Origin: an uncultured Candidatus Rokubacteria bacterium
GTDB taxonomy: Bacteria > Methylomirabilota > Methylomirabilia > Rokubacteriales > DASRDR01
Direction of reading: 5' to 3'
Length of the DNA stretch: 64,000 nt
Assembly: GCA_963708025.1 (NCBI GenBank)
Contig: CAVPSB010000019.1
Coordinates: forward strand, 1-64,000
Shown here piece after piece: positions 40,353 through 51,011 of this stretch. The first letter of the stretch is position 1, and each line of letters opens with the position of its first letter. The notes beneath the pieces were generated by a model. That model saw only the letters and a program-made list of their open reading frames with translations, was not told the DNA's origin and ran no database searches. A program made the position numbers and the translations under genes.

Positions 40353-41043
40353 GTGACGCGGACCGTGATCGCGGCGCTGCTGCTGGTCGGTCTGGCGGCG
40401 TTGGTAGGGTCGGGGAAGATGGCCGAGGGCCAGGCGACGGCCGGGGCCCAGGCGACGGACGAGGGCCAGGCGACGGCCGTGGCGCTGGTGGTCGAGACGG
40501 GCGGTGACAGCACCCCGGGGGTCAAGCGGTACACGGAGATCGCGGCTGGCACGACGATCGAGCTCGCACCCGGGGCCAAGCTCGTTCTCCTTCACTACCG
40601 CACATGCCGGACGCTGGGCGTCACCGGCGGAAGGATGACCGTCGCCGAGGAAGGGCTCGTGGCGAGCGGTCTGAGCCAGACCCTCGACAGGCGCCGCCAG
40701 TGCCCGCGGACCGTCCGGCTCCGAACCGGTGGCGAGTCGGCTGGTTCGCGCTCGCCCGACGGGTTCACCCTTCTCGACCCGGCCGGCCTTCGTGGTCGTC
40801 GGCGCACGCGCCGGAGATTTCGGCGCCGTCCGCGTTCTTCGCGCGGGCCAGGCCGTGCTGGAGGCGCCGCTCGAAGGCCAGCGTTTCCAGTGGCCGGCGG
40901 ACGCGGCCCCCCTTGCTGCTGGCATCGAGTACGAGCTGCGCCTGGTCCCCAGGGGTGCGGCGGGCGACCCGGCGATCCTTCGCTTCGTCGCGACGGCTCC
41001 CGGCGACCCCGCCGAGGCGCTCGTCCTCCTCGGCGTCGAATAG
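40353..41043 (+). CDS. Hypothetical secreted protein (frameshift near 40745)
   Basis: Signal peptide; 3x18-nt repeat (EGQATA); LLHYRTC..C; C-terminus RPAFVVVG...LLGVE in another frame. Confidence 0.55.
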
Positions 41044-41054
41044 CCGGCGCCTCG

Positions 41055-43049
41055 ATGAGCGCGCGCGCGGGCGGGGCCGCCGGTCATCCGGCCCGGTGGG
41101 GGTCGGCCTGACCGACGACTACGTCGCCGCCTCGAAGTTTCGGACGCTTCGCGGCCCCGCCGCCGCGCTCGTCCGATCGCTCCTGGCCGCCCTGACGCTG
41201 CTGGGGTCGCTCTGGGCCCTCCAGGTCCACCACGTGCTGCCGTGGGCCTTCTTCAAGGAGCAGTACCTCGGCCTCGTCCTGGCGCTCGCCCTCGGCGCCG
41301 CGTTCCTCGCGGCCAAGGCCCGGGCGGCCGAGCCGGGGACGGCGGTGCCCTGGTACGACTGGCTGCTCGCCCTGGCGGGCCTCGGGGTCGGGGGCTACGT
41401 CACGGTGCTCTACCCCACCATCGCGTATCAGCTCGGGATCCTGACGTGGGACAAGGTGCTACTGGGCGGGCTGGCGATCGCGCTCGTCCTCGAGGCGACC
41501 CGCCGCCTCGGCGGCTGGGCGCTGGTGTGGGTGGCCGTTCCCTGTATCCTGTACGCCCGGTTCGCGTACCTCTTCCCCGGCGTTCTGGAGGCGAAGGGCG
41601 CGTCCTGGGGCCGCATCGCCAGCTACCTCTACCTGGACACGAACGGGCTCTTCGGCCTCCCCCTCGCCGTCACCGCGAGCATCGTGGTGGCCTTCGTCTT
41701 CTTCGGGCGGGCGCTGTCGGCGGTCGGCGGCGACCGGTTTCTCACCGACCTGGCGCTCGTCGCGATGGGACGCTTCCGCGGCGGCTCGGCCAAGGTGGCG
41801 GTGGTCTCCTCCACCCTGTTCGGGACCGTGTCGGGCAGCGCGGTCGCCAACGTCGTGGTGGACGGCGCCATCACGATCCCGATGATGAAGCGGGCCGGGT
41901 ATCCCGCGCACCTGGCGGCGGCGATCGAGGCGGTGGCCTCGAACGGCGGCCAGCTCATGCCGCCGGTAATGGGCGCCGCCGCGTTCCTCATCGCCGAGTT
42001 CCTGGGGATCTCCTACGGCGAGGTGGCCCTGGCCGCGGCCATTCCGGCCTGCCTCTACTACCTGGCCCTCTTCGTCCAGGTGGACCTGGAGGCGGCCAAG
42101 CGCGGCCTGGCCGGGCTGCCGGCGACGCAGCTCCCGAAGCTCCGGGCGGTGATGCGGCGAGGCTGGGTCTTCCTGGTCCCGCTCCTGGTGCTCATCTACA
42201 CGCTCATGCTCGCCGGCTGGGAGGCCGGGAAGGCCGGCCTGGTGGCCGTCATCGCCACCTTCGTCGTGGGCGCGCTCCGGCCGGAGACGCGGCCGACCCT
42301 GCGGGGGATCCGGGCGAGCCTGGAGGAGACCGGTCAGACGCGTGGTCGAGATCGCGGTGATCACCGCCCTCGCCGGCCTCGTGATCGGCTCCCTCCAGCT
42401 CTCGGGCCTGAGCGGGCGGCTCCCCCTGCTCCTGGTGTCGCTGGCCGGTGGGAACGCCCTGCTCCTCCTCGTCCTCACCGCGCTGGTGTGCATCCTCCTC
42501 GGCATGTCCCTGCCCACGACGGTGGTCTACGTGACGCTCGCCGTCCTGGTCGGCCCGGCCCTGGCTCAGCTCGGCATCGTCCCGCTGGCGGCGCACCTGT
42601 TCCTCTTCTACTTCGGCATGCTCTCGCTCATCACGCCGCCCGACTGCGTCGCCAGCTACACCGCGGCCGCCATCGCCGGGGCCGACTTCTGGAAGACCGG
42701 CTGGGCCGGGATGCGGCTGGGCATCGTCGCCTACCTGGTGCCCTTCGTCTTCGCCTTCCACCCCGCCTTGCTCCTCGAGGGCACGCTGGCCGACGTCGCC
42801 GTGGCCGTGGCGGCGGCCACGATCGGGGTGGTCCTCCTCGGCATCGGCTGCGCCGGATACCTGTTTCGGCCGCTCGGCTGGGGCAAGCGCGCCCTGGCCA
42901 TCGTGGCGGGCGGCCTCATGCTCGGCCTGCCCCTCGGTCCGGTGTCGCTGGCGACCTACGCCGTCGGCCTCACGATCGGGGCGCTGCTCGTCGGGTGGGA
43001 ATGGAACGCGAACCGGCGCGGGACCCGCGCCGTCATGGAGCAAGCATGA
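41055..43049 (+). CDS. TRAP fused 4TM/12TM permease (frameshift near 42340; start uncertain)
   Basis: GGSAKVAVVSS, SGSAVANVV, EAVASNGGQLMPPVMGAAAF, ITPP. Confidence 0.85.
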
Positions 43050-44077
43050 AGATCGACATCTTCCCCCACATCTTCCCCCGGCCGTACTTCGACCGCATGC
43101 TGCGGCTGACGCGGCGGCGACGGCTACATGCAGAAGCGGATGCGCGGCGTCCCGGTCGCTGGTCGACCTCGACGAGCGGTTCCGGATCATGGACCGCTAC
43201 GAGGGCTACGTGCAGGTGCTCACGCTCGGCCTCGCCGCCCATCGAGGCGCTCGGCCGGCCCCGACGTGACGCCCGAGCTGGCGCGGCTCGCCAACGACGG
43301 CATGGCCGAGCTGGTCGCGCAGCCACCCCGATCGCTTCCTCGGCTTCGTGGCGTCGCTGCCCATGAACAACCCCGACGCCGCGCTGGCCGAGATCGACCG
43401 CGCGATCGGCCAGCTCGGCGCCACCGGCGTCCAGATCTTCTCCAACGTCAACGGCCGCCCGCTCGACGACGCCCGAGTTCCAGCCGATCTTCGCGCGCAT
43501 GGCCGAGCACCGGCTGCCGATCTGGCTCCACCCGGCGCGGCCCGCGACGTTCGCCGACTACCCGGCGAGAGCGCGCTCGAAGTACGATCTGTGGTGGGCC
43601 TTCGGCTGGCCCTACGAGACCACGATCGCCATGGGGCGGCTCGTCTTCTCCGGCCTCTTCGACCGCCATCCGGATCTCGCAGATCATCACCCACCACATG
43701 GGCGCGATGCTGCCCTACTTCGAGGGGCGCGGCCGGCTTCGGGCTCGACCAGCTCGGCAGCGCGCAGCGACGACCCCGACGACGCCGCGCGCTCTCACGC
43801 GGCTCAAGCGCCGGCCGCTCGACTACTTCAGGATGTTCTACGGCGACACCGCCGTCTTCGGCGCCGCACCACGCCCTGCGAGTGCGGCCTCGGCTTCTTC
43901 GGCGCCGACCGCGTGCTCTTCGGCACCGACATGCCGTTCGATCCCGAGAAGGGTCCCGGCTTCATCCGGGAGACGATCGCCGCGATGGAGCGGATGCGCG
44001 CCACGCCCGAGGAGAAGGCGAAGATCTACGAGGGCAACGCCCGCCGGCTGCTCCGCCTCCGGCTGCCGGGCGCCTGA
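43046..44077 (+). CDS. Amidohydrolase_2 family protein (many frameshifts)
   Basis: MKIDIFPH, WLHP, ITHHMG, FGTDMPFDP across frames. Confidence 0.75.
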
Positions 44078-45315
44078 TGGCCGCCCTGACCGTTCTCACC
44101 GGCGCGTTCCTGATCGACTGCACGGGCGCCGACCCGCGGGAGGGCGCCGCGGTCGTGGTGGAGGGCGAGCGGATCAAGGACGTCATCCCCTCGGGGCGGG
44201 TCGGGCCGCTGCCGGGGGAGGTGACGACGCTCGACCTCCGCGGCCGGACGCTGATGCCAGGGCTGACCGACGCCCACGTCCACGTCTGCGCGGTCGAGGC
44301 CAACACCGCCGAGCAGCACCGGATGCACCCGCCGAGCCTCATCGCCGCCAAGACGCTCCGGCGCATCGAGCAGGCGCTGATGCAGGGCTTCACCACCGTG
44401 CGGGACGCCGGCGGGGCCGACTACGGCTTCCGGGAAGCGGTGGCCTCCGGGCTCTACCCGGGGCCGCGGCTCCTGGTCTCCGGGCGCGTGCTCTCCCAGA
44501 CGGGCGGCCACGGCGACAAGCGCCGGCGGGCGGAGGTGACCGAGCCCATCGACGCCTGCCTCGGCATGGTCGGCGTCATCGCCGACGGCCCCGACGAGGT
44601 CCGCAAGGCGGCCCGGGAGCAGCTCCGGCGCGACGTCGACCAGCTCAAGCTGATGGCCTCGGGCGGCGCGATGTCGCCGGCCGACGAGCTGGACACCACC
44701 CAGTACACGGTGGAGGAGATGCGGGCGGCCGTCGAGGAGGCCCGGGCCGTCGGCCGGTACGTCCTCGCCCACGCCTACTCGGGCGCCGCGGTGCAGGCGG
44801 CGGTGGCCGCCGGCGTCCGGTGCATCGAGCACGGGAACCTGCTCGACGAGGCCGGGGCGCGGGCCATCCGGGAAGCCGACGCCTACCTGGTGCCGACCAT
44901 GGTGACCTACGAGGCGATCGCCCGGGAGGGAAAGACCCACGGCCTCTCGGCCCATCAGATCGCCAAGATCGAACAGGCGCGGGAGAAGAGCGTGGAGGGG
45001 CTGGCGCAGGCCTACCGGGCCGGCTGCCGGATCGGCTCGGGCTCGGATCTCCTCGGCGACATGGCCGCCTATCGGACGATGGAGCTGCCGCTGAAGGCCC
45101 AGGTGATGACGCCGATGGAGGTGCTCCGGTCGGCGACCGCCGTCAACGCGGAGATCTTCCGCATGGCCGACCGGATCGGCACCGTCGAGCCGGGGAAGTA
45201 CGCGGACCTGCTGGTGGTGGACGGGAACCCGCTCCGCGACCTCCGCGTCTTCCAGAAGCCGGACAACCTCCGCCTCATCATGAAGGGCGGCGTCGCCCAC
45301 AAGCAAACCCTCTAG
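44077..45315 (+). CDS. Amidohydrolase (Xaa-Pro dipeptidase/HutI-like)
   Basis: MPGLTDAHVH, GFTTVRDAGG, LAHA, IEHG, GSD, GKYADL. Confidence 0.9.
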   Translation: MAALTVLTGAFLIDCTGADPREGAAVVVEGERIKDVIPSGRVGPLPGEVTTLDLRGRTLMPGLTDAHVHVCAVEANTAEQHRMHPPSLIAAKTLRRIEQALMQGFTTVRDAGGADYGFREAVASGLYPGPRLLVSGRVLSQTGGHGDKRRRAEVTEPIDACLGMVGVIADGPDEVRKAAREQLRRDVDQLKLMASGGAMSPADELDTTQYTVEEMRAAVEEARAVGRYVLAHAYSGAAVQAAVAAGVRCIEHGNLLDEAGARAIREADAYLVPTMVTYEAIAREGKTHGLSAHQIAKIEQAREKSVEGLAQAYRAGCRIGSGSDLLGDMAAYRTMELPLKAQVMTPMEVLRSATAVNAEIFRMADRIGTVEPGKYADLLVVDGNPLRDLRVFQKPDNLRLIMKGGVAHKQTL

Positions 45316-45393
45316 CTCTCATCGCGACGGTCCGTCCGAAGGGCCTCAGACCGTTTGAAGCGACGATGTGACAGCAGACGACTCAAGTTCTCG

Positions 45394-45519
45394 GGGGCGG
45401 GGCCGCGGAGCGAGCAGCGCTAGGACGCAGGGAGTCGCCGACCGCAGGCGTACTCCGAGTACGCCGAGGATCGGCGACGACCGAGGACGACGCGATGCGA
45501 CGCTCATCGGCCCCGCCCC
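45394..45519 (-). repeat. Structured palindromic element family 1, copy C (126 nt)
   Basis: Reverse complement aligns with copy A with compensatory changes. Confidence 0.9.
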
Positions 45520-45590
45520 TGGCCGTTCGGCGGATGCGGGCCCTTGCCCCGGGGCGTATCGTGGCACTCAGTTTCGTGAGAGCGAATCGG

Positions 45591-45659
45591 GTCCTCCGGC
45601 TCCCCCCCCCCCGGTGGGCGGGGGAGGGGGGTTGGGGGGGTAGGAGGGAGGTCCCGAAG
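45591..45659 (+). repeat. C-rich/G-rich hairpin repeat, family 2
   Basis: gtcctccggctcccccc..ggtgggc..gggggagggg..gggtaggagggaggtcccgaa. Confidence 0.8.
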
Positions 45660-45675
45660 ATCCAAGGAGGCCACG

Positions 45676-46596
45676 ATGACGCCAATCGCCGAAGACTCTC
45701 CCGTGCTGAGCGCGATGTCGAGCCAGCTCGCCGACGCCGTCGAGCGGGTCGGACCGGCGCTGGTGCAGGTCAACGGGCGCCCCCGCCACCCGTCGAGCGG
45801 CACCGTCTACGCCCCCGACCTGGTCCTCGCCGCCGATCACGCGGTCGAGCGGGACGAGGACCTCGCCGTCGAGACGGGGGACGGGCGGACCCTCGGCGCC
45901 CGGCTCGCCGGTCGGGACCCGGCGAGCGACCTGGCCCTCCTGCGGGTGGCGGGGCTCGGGCTCGGGCCGGCCGTGCCGGCCCAGACGCCCCCGCGGGTGG
46001 GCCAGTTCGCACTCGCGGTCGGCCGGCCGTCCGGGGGCGAGCTGATGGCGAGCATCGGCGTCGTCAGCGCGGTGGGCGGCCCGCTGCGGACCGGGCGCGG
46101 GCTGCTGGAGCGCTACATCCGGACGGACGCCACGCCGTATCCGGGCTTCTCCGGCGGCGCCCTGATCGACGCCGGGGGGGCGGTCCTCGGCCTTTTCACC
46201 ACGGGGCTGGTGGGCGGCGTCCCGCTCGCGGTGCCGGTGGCGCTCGCCTGGCGCGTCGCGGAGACGCTGGCCCGCCAGGGCTACGTCGCGCGCGGCTACC
46301 TGGGCATCGGCAGCCAGCCGGTGCGGATCCCCGCGGGCCAGCGCGCGGGCCTCGCCCGCGAGTCGGGGCTGCTGGTCGTCGAGATCGCGACGGGCAGCCC
46401 GGCCGAGCGGGGCGGCCTCCTGCTCGGCGATCTCCTGATCGCGCTCGACGGGCAGCCCGTGGACGACGCCGAGTCGCTGCAGGCGCTCCTGGTCGGCGAG
46501 CGCGTGGGGCGGAGCGTGCCGGTGGACGTTATCCGGGGTGGCGTGCGCACGACCCTCCAGGTCACGGTGGGCCAGCGGGGCGGCCCGCGCCCGTGA
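45676..46596 (+). CDS. HtrA-like S1C serine protease with PDZ domain, no signal peptide
   Basis: ADHAV, SDLAL, PGFSGG; RGYLGI..GSPAERGGL PDZ. Confidence 0.85.
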   Translation: MTPIAEDSPVLSAMSSQLADAVERVGPALVQVNGRPRHPSSGTVYAPDLVLAADHAVERDEDLAVETGDGRTLGARLAGRDPASDLALLRVAGLGLGPAVPAQTPPRVGQFALAVGRPSGGELMASIGVVSAVGGPLRTGRGLLERYIRTDATPYPGFSGGALIDAGGAVLGLFTTGLVGGVPLAVPVALAWRVAETLARQGYVARGYLGIGSQPVRIPAGQRAGLARESGLLVVEIATGSPAERGGLLLGDLLIALDGQPVDDAESLQALLVGERVGRSVPVDVIRGGVRTTLQVTVGQRGGPRP

Positions 46597-47207
46597 CCGC
46601 GGTCGTGGTCGAGCCGGTGCCGGACCTCGCCGCCGCGGCGTGGGCGAGCCTGCCAGCGGTGCTGATCGAGCGGGTGCGGCCGAGCATCGTCCGCGTCGGG
46701 GGCCGGGGTCGGTCGGGCGCGAGCGGCGTCGTCTGGCCCCCGGGGGCCGTCCTCACGAACCACCACGTGGTCGCCGGCGCGGCGGCGGAGGTGCCCGTCA
46801 CGCTGGCAGACGGCCGCGTCTTGGCGGCACGCGTCGTCCGCGCCAGCCGGGGACTGGACCTCGCCCTCCTCGCGCTCGAGGGGGGGGCGCTCACCCCGGC
46901 GCCGATCGGGGACTCCACGCGGCTGCGGGTGGGCGAGCTGGTCTTCGCCGTCGGACACCCGTGGGGACAGCCGTGGGTCGTGACGACCGGGATCGTGAGC
47001 GGGCTCGGGCCGGTCCGGCTTCCCGGCCGGAGGGGTGCGGCGCGGCTGATCCGCTCCGACGTCCGGCTGGCGCCCGGCAACTCCGGCGGTCCGCTGCTGG
47101 ACGCCCGCGGGCGGGTGGTCGGGCTCAACGCGATGATCCTGGGCGGCGATCTCGCGGTGGCCATCCCGAGCGACGTGGCGCGGTCCTGGCTGGAGACGCC
47201 GGCGTGA
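46593..47207 (+). CDS. Trypsin-like S1C protease without PDZ
   Basis: LTNHHVV, LDLAL, PGNSGGPL. Confidence 0.85.
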   Translation: MTAVVVEPVPDLAAAAWASLPAVLIERVRPSIVRVGGRGRSGASGVVWPPGAVLTNHHVVAGAAAEVPVTLADGRVLAARVVRASRGLDLALLALEGGALTPAPIGDSTRLRVGELVFAVGHPWGQPWVVTTGIVSGLGPVRLPGRRGAARLIRSDVRLAPGNSGGPLLDARGRVVGLNAMILGGDLAVAIPSDVARSWLETPA

Positions 47208-47821
47208 CCCGCGTGTTCATCGCGGCGCCGAGCGCCGCGGCGCGGCTCGCGCTCCGCGCCCGCCTGGAGGACCCCGGCGTCGAGGTCGTGGGGGAGGGGC
47301 TCGGGCTGGACGCCGCTCCCGCCCGGACCGACGTCGTGGTGCTCGACGGCGCCGGCGGGCTCTCGCGGCCCGCGGCGACGGCAGTGGCCGAGGACCGCCT
47401 GCCGGCGGTGGTGGCCGTGGCCGACGACGACCGGCTGGCCCGGGTGCTCGGCGAGCTGCCGCTGCGGGGCTGGGCGATCGTCGGCCGCGACGCGTCGGCC
47501 GCCGAGCTGCGGGCGGCCGTGGCGGCGGCGGCCGAGGGGCTGGTCGCCGTGCCGGCGTCGCGCGCCGGCCGCCTCCTGGGCCGGCCGGCCGGTCCGGCGG
47601 CCGCGGATCCGGACGGGCTGGCGGAGCCGCTCACCTCGCGCGAGCGCGAGGTCCTCGAGCTACTCGGTCAGGGCCTCTCGAACCGGCGGATCGCCGAGCG
47701 GCTCCGGATCAGCGAGCACACGGCGAAGTTCCACGTGGCCTCCGTCCTCGGCAAGCTGGGCGCCGCCACCCGCACCGAGGCGGTGAGCCGCGGCCTCCGC
47801 CGCGGTCTCATCACCCTGTGA
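47204..47821 (+). CDS. LuxR/NarL-type regulator with atypical receiver domain
   Basis: LTSREREVL..GLSNRRIA..HTAKFHV HTH; receiver lacks the N-terminal acidic pair and the conserved Lys. Confidence 0.85.
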   Translation: MTRVFIAAPSAAARLALRARLEDPGVEVVGEGLGLDAAPARTDVVVLDGAGGLSRPAATAVAEDRLPAVVAVADDDRLARVLGELPLRGWAIVGRDASAAELRAAVAAAAEGLVAVPASRAGRLLGRPAGPAAADPDGLAEPLTSREREVLELLGQGLSNRRIAERLRISEHTAKFHVASVLGKLGAATRTEAVSRGLRRGLITL

Positions 47822-47842
47822 CCGAGCGGGCGGCGGGCCCGA

Positions 47843-48136
47843 GTCCACGTGGCGCGTCCGGCTCGCGCCCACGGCCCGGACCTCGCCGCGCGCGAGGAAT
47901 CGGAGCAGCATGGCCTGGGCCTCGGGCGCCAGCTCGCCCACCTCGTCGAGGAAGACTGTCCCACCCTCGGCCGCCGCCAGGAGCCCGGTCCGGCGTTCGA
48001 TCGCGCCGGAGAACGCGCCGCGCTCGTGGCCGAAGAGCTCGCTGAGGAGGAGCTCTCGCGTCAGGGCGCCGGAGTTCACCGCCTCGAAGGGCGCCGCGCG
48101 TCGCGGGCTGAGCCCATGGAGCGCTCCGGCCACGAG
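47843..48136 (-). pseudogene. Internal fragment of a sigma54 activator AAA+ domain
   Basis: SELFGHERGAFSGA, TVFLDEVGE; no Walker A, no start, no C-terminus. Confidence 0.8.
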
Positions 48137-48213
48137 GCGGTGGCTCCGATCGCCCCAGCCCACTCGATCCAGGCGTTCCACCGATGGGAGGCGCGTCCCG
48201 GGCTGATCGCCGG

Positions 48214-48583
48214 CTCGAGCTGCTCGCGAAGCTGGCCGCCCTGACGCCCCGCCCCGAGGTGAACCTGCTCCTGTACCACGGTCTCCTGGCGCCGGCGCGC
48301 AAAGGTCGTGCGCTACGGCCGCCCGGCGCCCGACGCGGCGGCGGCGGCCGACACCTCCGCCGCGCCGCCGCCTGCCCCGCGCAACTGGCCGTGGGCCGCC
48401 CTCATGCGACGCGCGTTCGCGCTCGACGTGTTGGCGTGCCCCCGCTGCGGGGGGCGAATGCGCGTGATCGCCACCATCGCGGACCCGGCCGTGATCTGCC
48501 AGATCCTCGCGGCCCGGCATCCAGGCCGGCCCCACGGTCCGGACCCACCCGCCCGGGCCGGCGCCCCCGCCGCCATCCACTGA
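48214..48583 (+). mobile_element. IS91/ISCR-family (Y2) transposase C-terminal remnant
   Basis: LAALTPRPEVNLLLYHGLLAP, then WAALMRRAFALDVLACPRCGGRMRVIATI. Confidence 0.75.
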
Positions 48584-48972
48584 CCTCCACCAACAGCACG
48601 GCTCGCACCGCTGCCTGGTCCAGGGGGCACATCTCCTGGAGGTGGCGGCGGCCCGTCCGGGCCACTGGGCCGCCCCGCCGTCTCACGCCCGTGCCACCTC
48701 ACGCCCGTGCCACCCGTATCCCCGAGCCCCGCACCGCCAGCCCTTGCCAGCCACCCGCACCAGCCTCGCCGGCCACGCACCATCGCCCTCGAGAGGCATA
48801 ATCCGCCGGCCCCCCGGGCCATGGCTGAGAAGGGGCATTATGTTGGCTACCCCCGTACATGACGTGGGCATGGCCGAGCTTCGTCCTGGTCCGCCGCCGG
48901 GGGCCGATCGGGGCGCCTTTACGTTCCGATGTGGCGCGGAGAGTCTCCGCGCCCCGTCCGATCATCCGGCAC

Positions 48973-50655
48973 TCATTTCAGTTCGGGGAAATCTTCCTCG
49001 CGGAACTCCGTGGACGGGCGTTCCTTGGCGGCAAAACGACGCTCCTCCGCCTGGCGCAGTTCCACGCGGCGGATTTTGCCGGAGATGGTTTTCGGCAGAT
49101 CGAACACCTCCAGCCGGCGGACGCGTTTGAACGGAGCCAGACGTTCGCGCACGTGGCGGAAAATGGAGAGCATGGTCTCGCGGTCGCCCGTGGCGCCGGG
49201 TGCGAGTGCGAGGAACGCCTTGGGCACGGCCGTGCGCACCGCGTCCGGCGACGGCACCACGGCGGCTTCGGCCACTGCCTCGTGTTCCACCAGCACACTC
49301 TCCAGCTCGAAGGGAGAGATGCGGTAGTCCGACGCCTTGAACACGTCATCGGCGCGGCCGACATAGGTGAAGTAGCCGTCCGCGTCCTTCGTCGCGACGT
49401 CGCCGGTGCGATAGGCGATTGTGCCGAGCGGCGCGAAGCTGCCGTCGCCCTGCTGGTAGCCGCGCATCAGACCCGTGGGGGGCTGGTCCAAGAGGATGGA
49501 GACCTCCCCCTCATGCACTTCCTTGTCGTCGTGATCGAGTAGGCGGATGCGGTAGCCGGGAGCTTCCTGGCCCATGCTGCCCGGCTTGACCTTCTGGCCG
49601 GGGAAGCAGCCGACCAACAACGTGGTTTCCGTCTGGCCGTAGCCTTCCCGGATGGTCATGCCCCAGATCTTCTGGACGTGCTCGATCACCTCCGGGTTCA
49701 GCGGCTCGCCGGCGGAGAGGAGCTCGCGCAGATTCCCCCTGTACGGGCCCATGTCCTCTTGCACCAGCATGCGCCACACTGTGGGCGGGGCACAGAAGGT
49801 CTGCACGCTGTGTTCCTTCAGGGCCTGCAACGTCCCGAGCGCGTTGAAGCGCGGCTGGTTGTTGATGAAGACGCAGGCGCCGGCATTCCACGGGGCGAAG
49901 AAGCAGGAATAGGCGTGCTTGGCCCAGCCGGGGGAAGAGATGTTGAGATGGATATCCCCCGGTTGCAGGCCGATCCAGTGCATGGTGATGAGGTGGCCGA
50001 CCGGGTAGGTGACCTGGTCGTGCAGCACCAGCTTGGGCTTCGCGGTGGTACCGGAGGTGAAATAGAGCAACATCGGATCCGTGGCTTTGGTCAGGCCGTC
50101 CGGCGTGAATTGCGCGGGGCCCTGCTTCAGGCTGTCGTAATCGGTCCAGCCTTGTTTCGTGCCGACCGAGATGCGGGTGACCGAGGGGTCGAGGCCGTCG
50201 AATTTCCCCGTGTCAGCCGCGCTGACAATCACATGGCGCACGCGGCCACGGTCGAAGCGGTCCTTCAGATCCGCGCTATTGAGCAGCGTGGTGGCGGGAG
50301 TGACGACGGCGCCAAGCTTTTGCGCGGCGAGCATGGCCTCCCAGAGCGGGACGACGTTGCCGAGCATGAGCAGGACGCGGTCACCGCGCTTCACGCCGGC
50401 AGTGCGCAACCCGTTGGCGAGACGAGAGCTTTCATCGGACAGCTGTTTGAAGCTGCGCTCGTCGGCGCTGGCACTGACGATGCGCAGTGCGGGAGAGTTT
50501 GCGAGCGGGCCGCGCGCGAGTTCGGCGTCGAACCAATCCAGCGCGTAGTTGAATTCGGTGATCTTGGGCCAGCGGAAGTCGCGACGGGCGGTGACGTAGT
50601 CTTCCCGGTGGGCGAGCAGGAAGTCACGGGCTTGCTTGAACGCGGCGCCACTCAT
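48973..50655 (-). CDS. AMP-forming acyl-CoA synthetase (short/medium chain)
   Basis: YFTSGTTAKPK, GYGQTET, YRTGD, PKTISGKIRR. Confidence 0.92.
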   Translation of the reverse strand: MSGAAFKQARDFLLAHREDYVTARRDFRWPKITEFNYALDWFDAELARGPLANSPALRIVSASADERSFKQLSDESSRLANGLRTAGVKRGDRVLLMLGNVVPLWEAMLAAQKLGAVVTPATTLLNSADLKDRFDRGRVRHVIVSAADTGKFDGLDPSVTRISVGTKQGWTDYDSLKQGPAQFTPDGLTKATDPMLLYFTSGTTAKPKLVLHDQVTYPVGHLITMHWIGLQPGDIHLNISSPGWAKHAYSCFFAPWNAGACVFINNQPRFNALGTLQALKEHSVQTFCAPPTVWRMLVQEDMGPYRGNLRELLSAGEPLNPEVIEHVQKIWGMTIREGYGQTETTLLVGCFPGQKVKPGSMGQEAPGYRIRLLDHDDKEVHEGEVSILLDQPPTGLMRGYQQGDGSFAPLGTIAYRTGDVATKDADGYFTYVGRADDVFKASDYRISPFELESVLVEHEAVAEAAVVPSPDAVRTAVPKAFLALAPGATGDRETMLSIFRHVRERLAPFKRVRRLEVFDLPKTISGKIRRVELRQAEERRFAAKERPSTEFREEDFPELK

Positions 50656-51011
50656 GGGGGTTCCTCCCTGGTCTAAATATTCTGGGTTCGTCTTCTAACC
50701 GTATTGTTGCCCGGGGGCACGCCCATAGTCCACGCGTGGCGTGTCTATTGTCACCGGAACGTAGGAAGTCCAAAGCACGTTTCTGCGTCCCTGCTCCGCG
50801 CCCCGTCCCCCCGCTCGCGGGCTCACGGCGTCGGCCCCGCCGCCGGCGGCGGCCCGAACGATAGCGCGGCGCTGGCGGGTCCGGCAAGGGCGGCGGGAGG
50901 TCGGGAGATGAGGTCCGGAACCCGACCGACAGGCCCGGCGGGCAGACGGTGGGACGGCCGCGGCTGGTGGTGGGCGCGATCGCGCGCGGGTCAGGCGGCG
51001 TGGGCGGGCCC

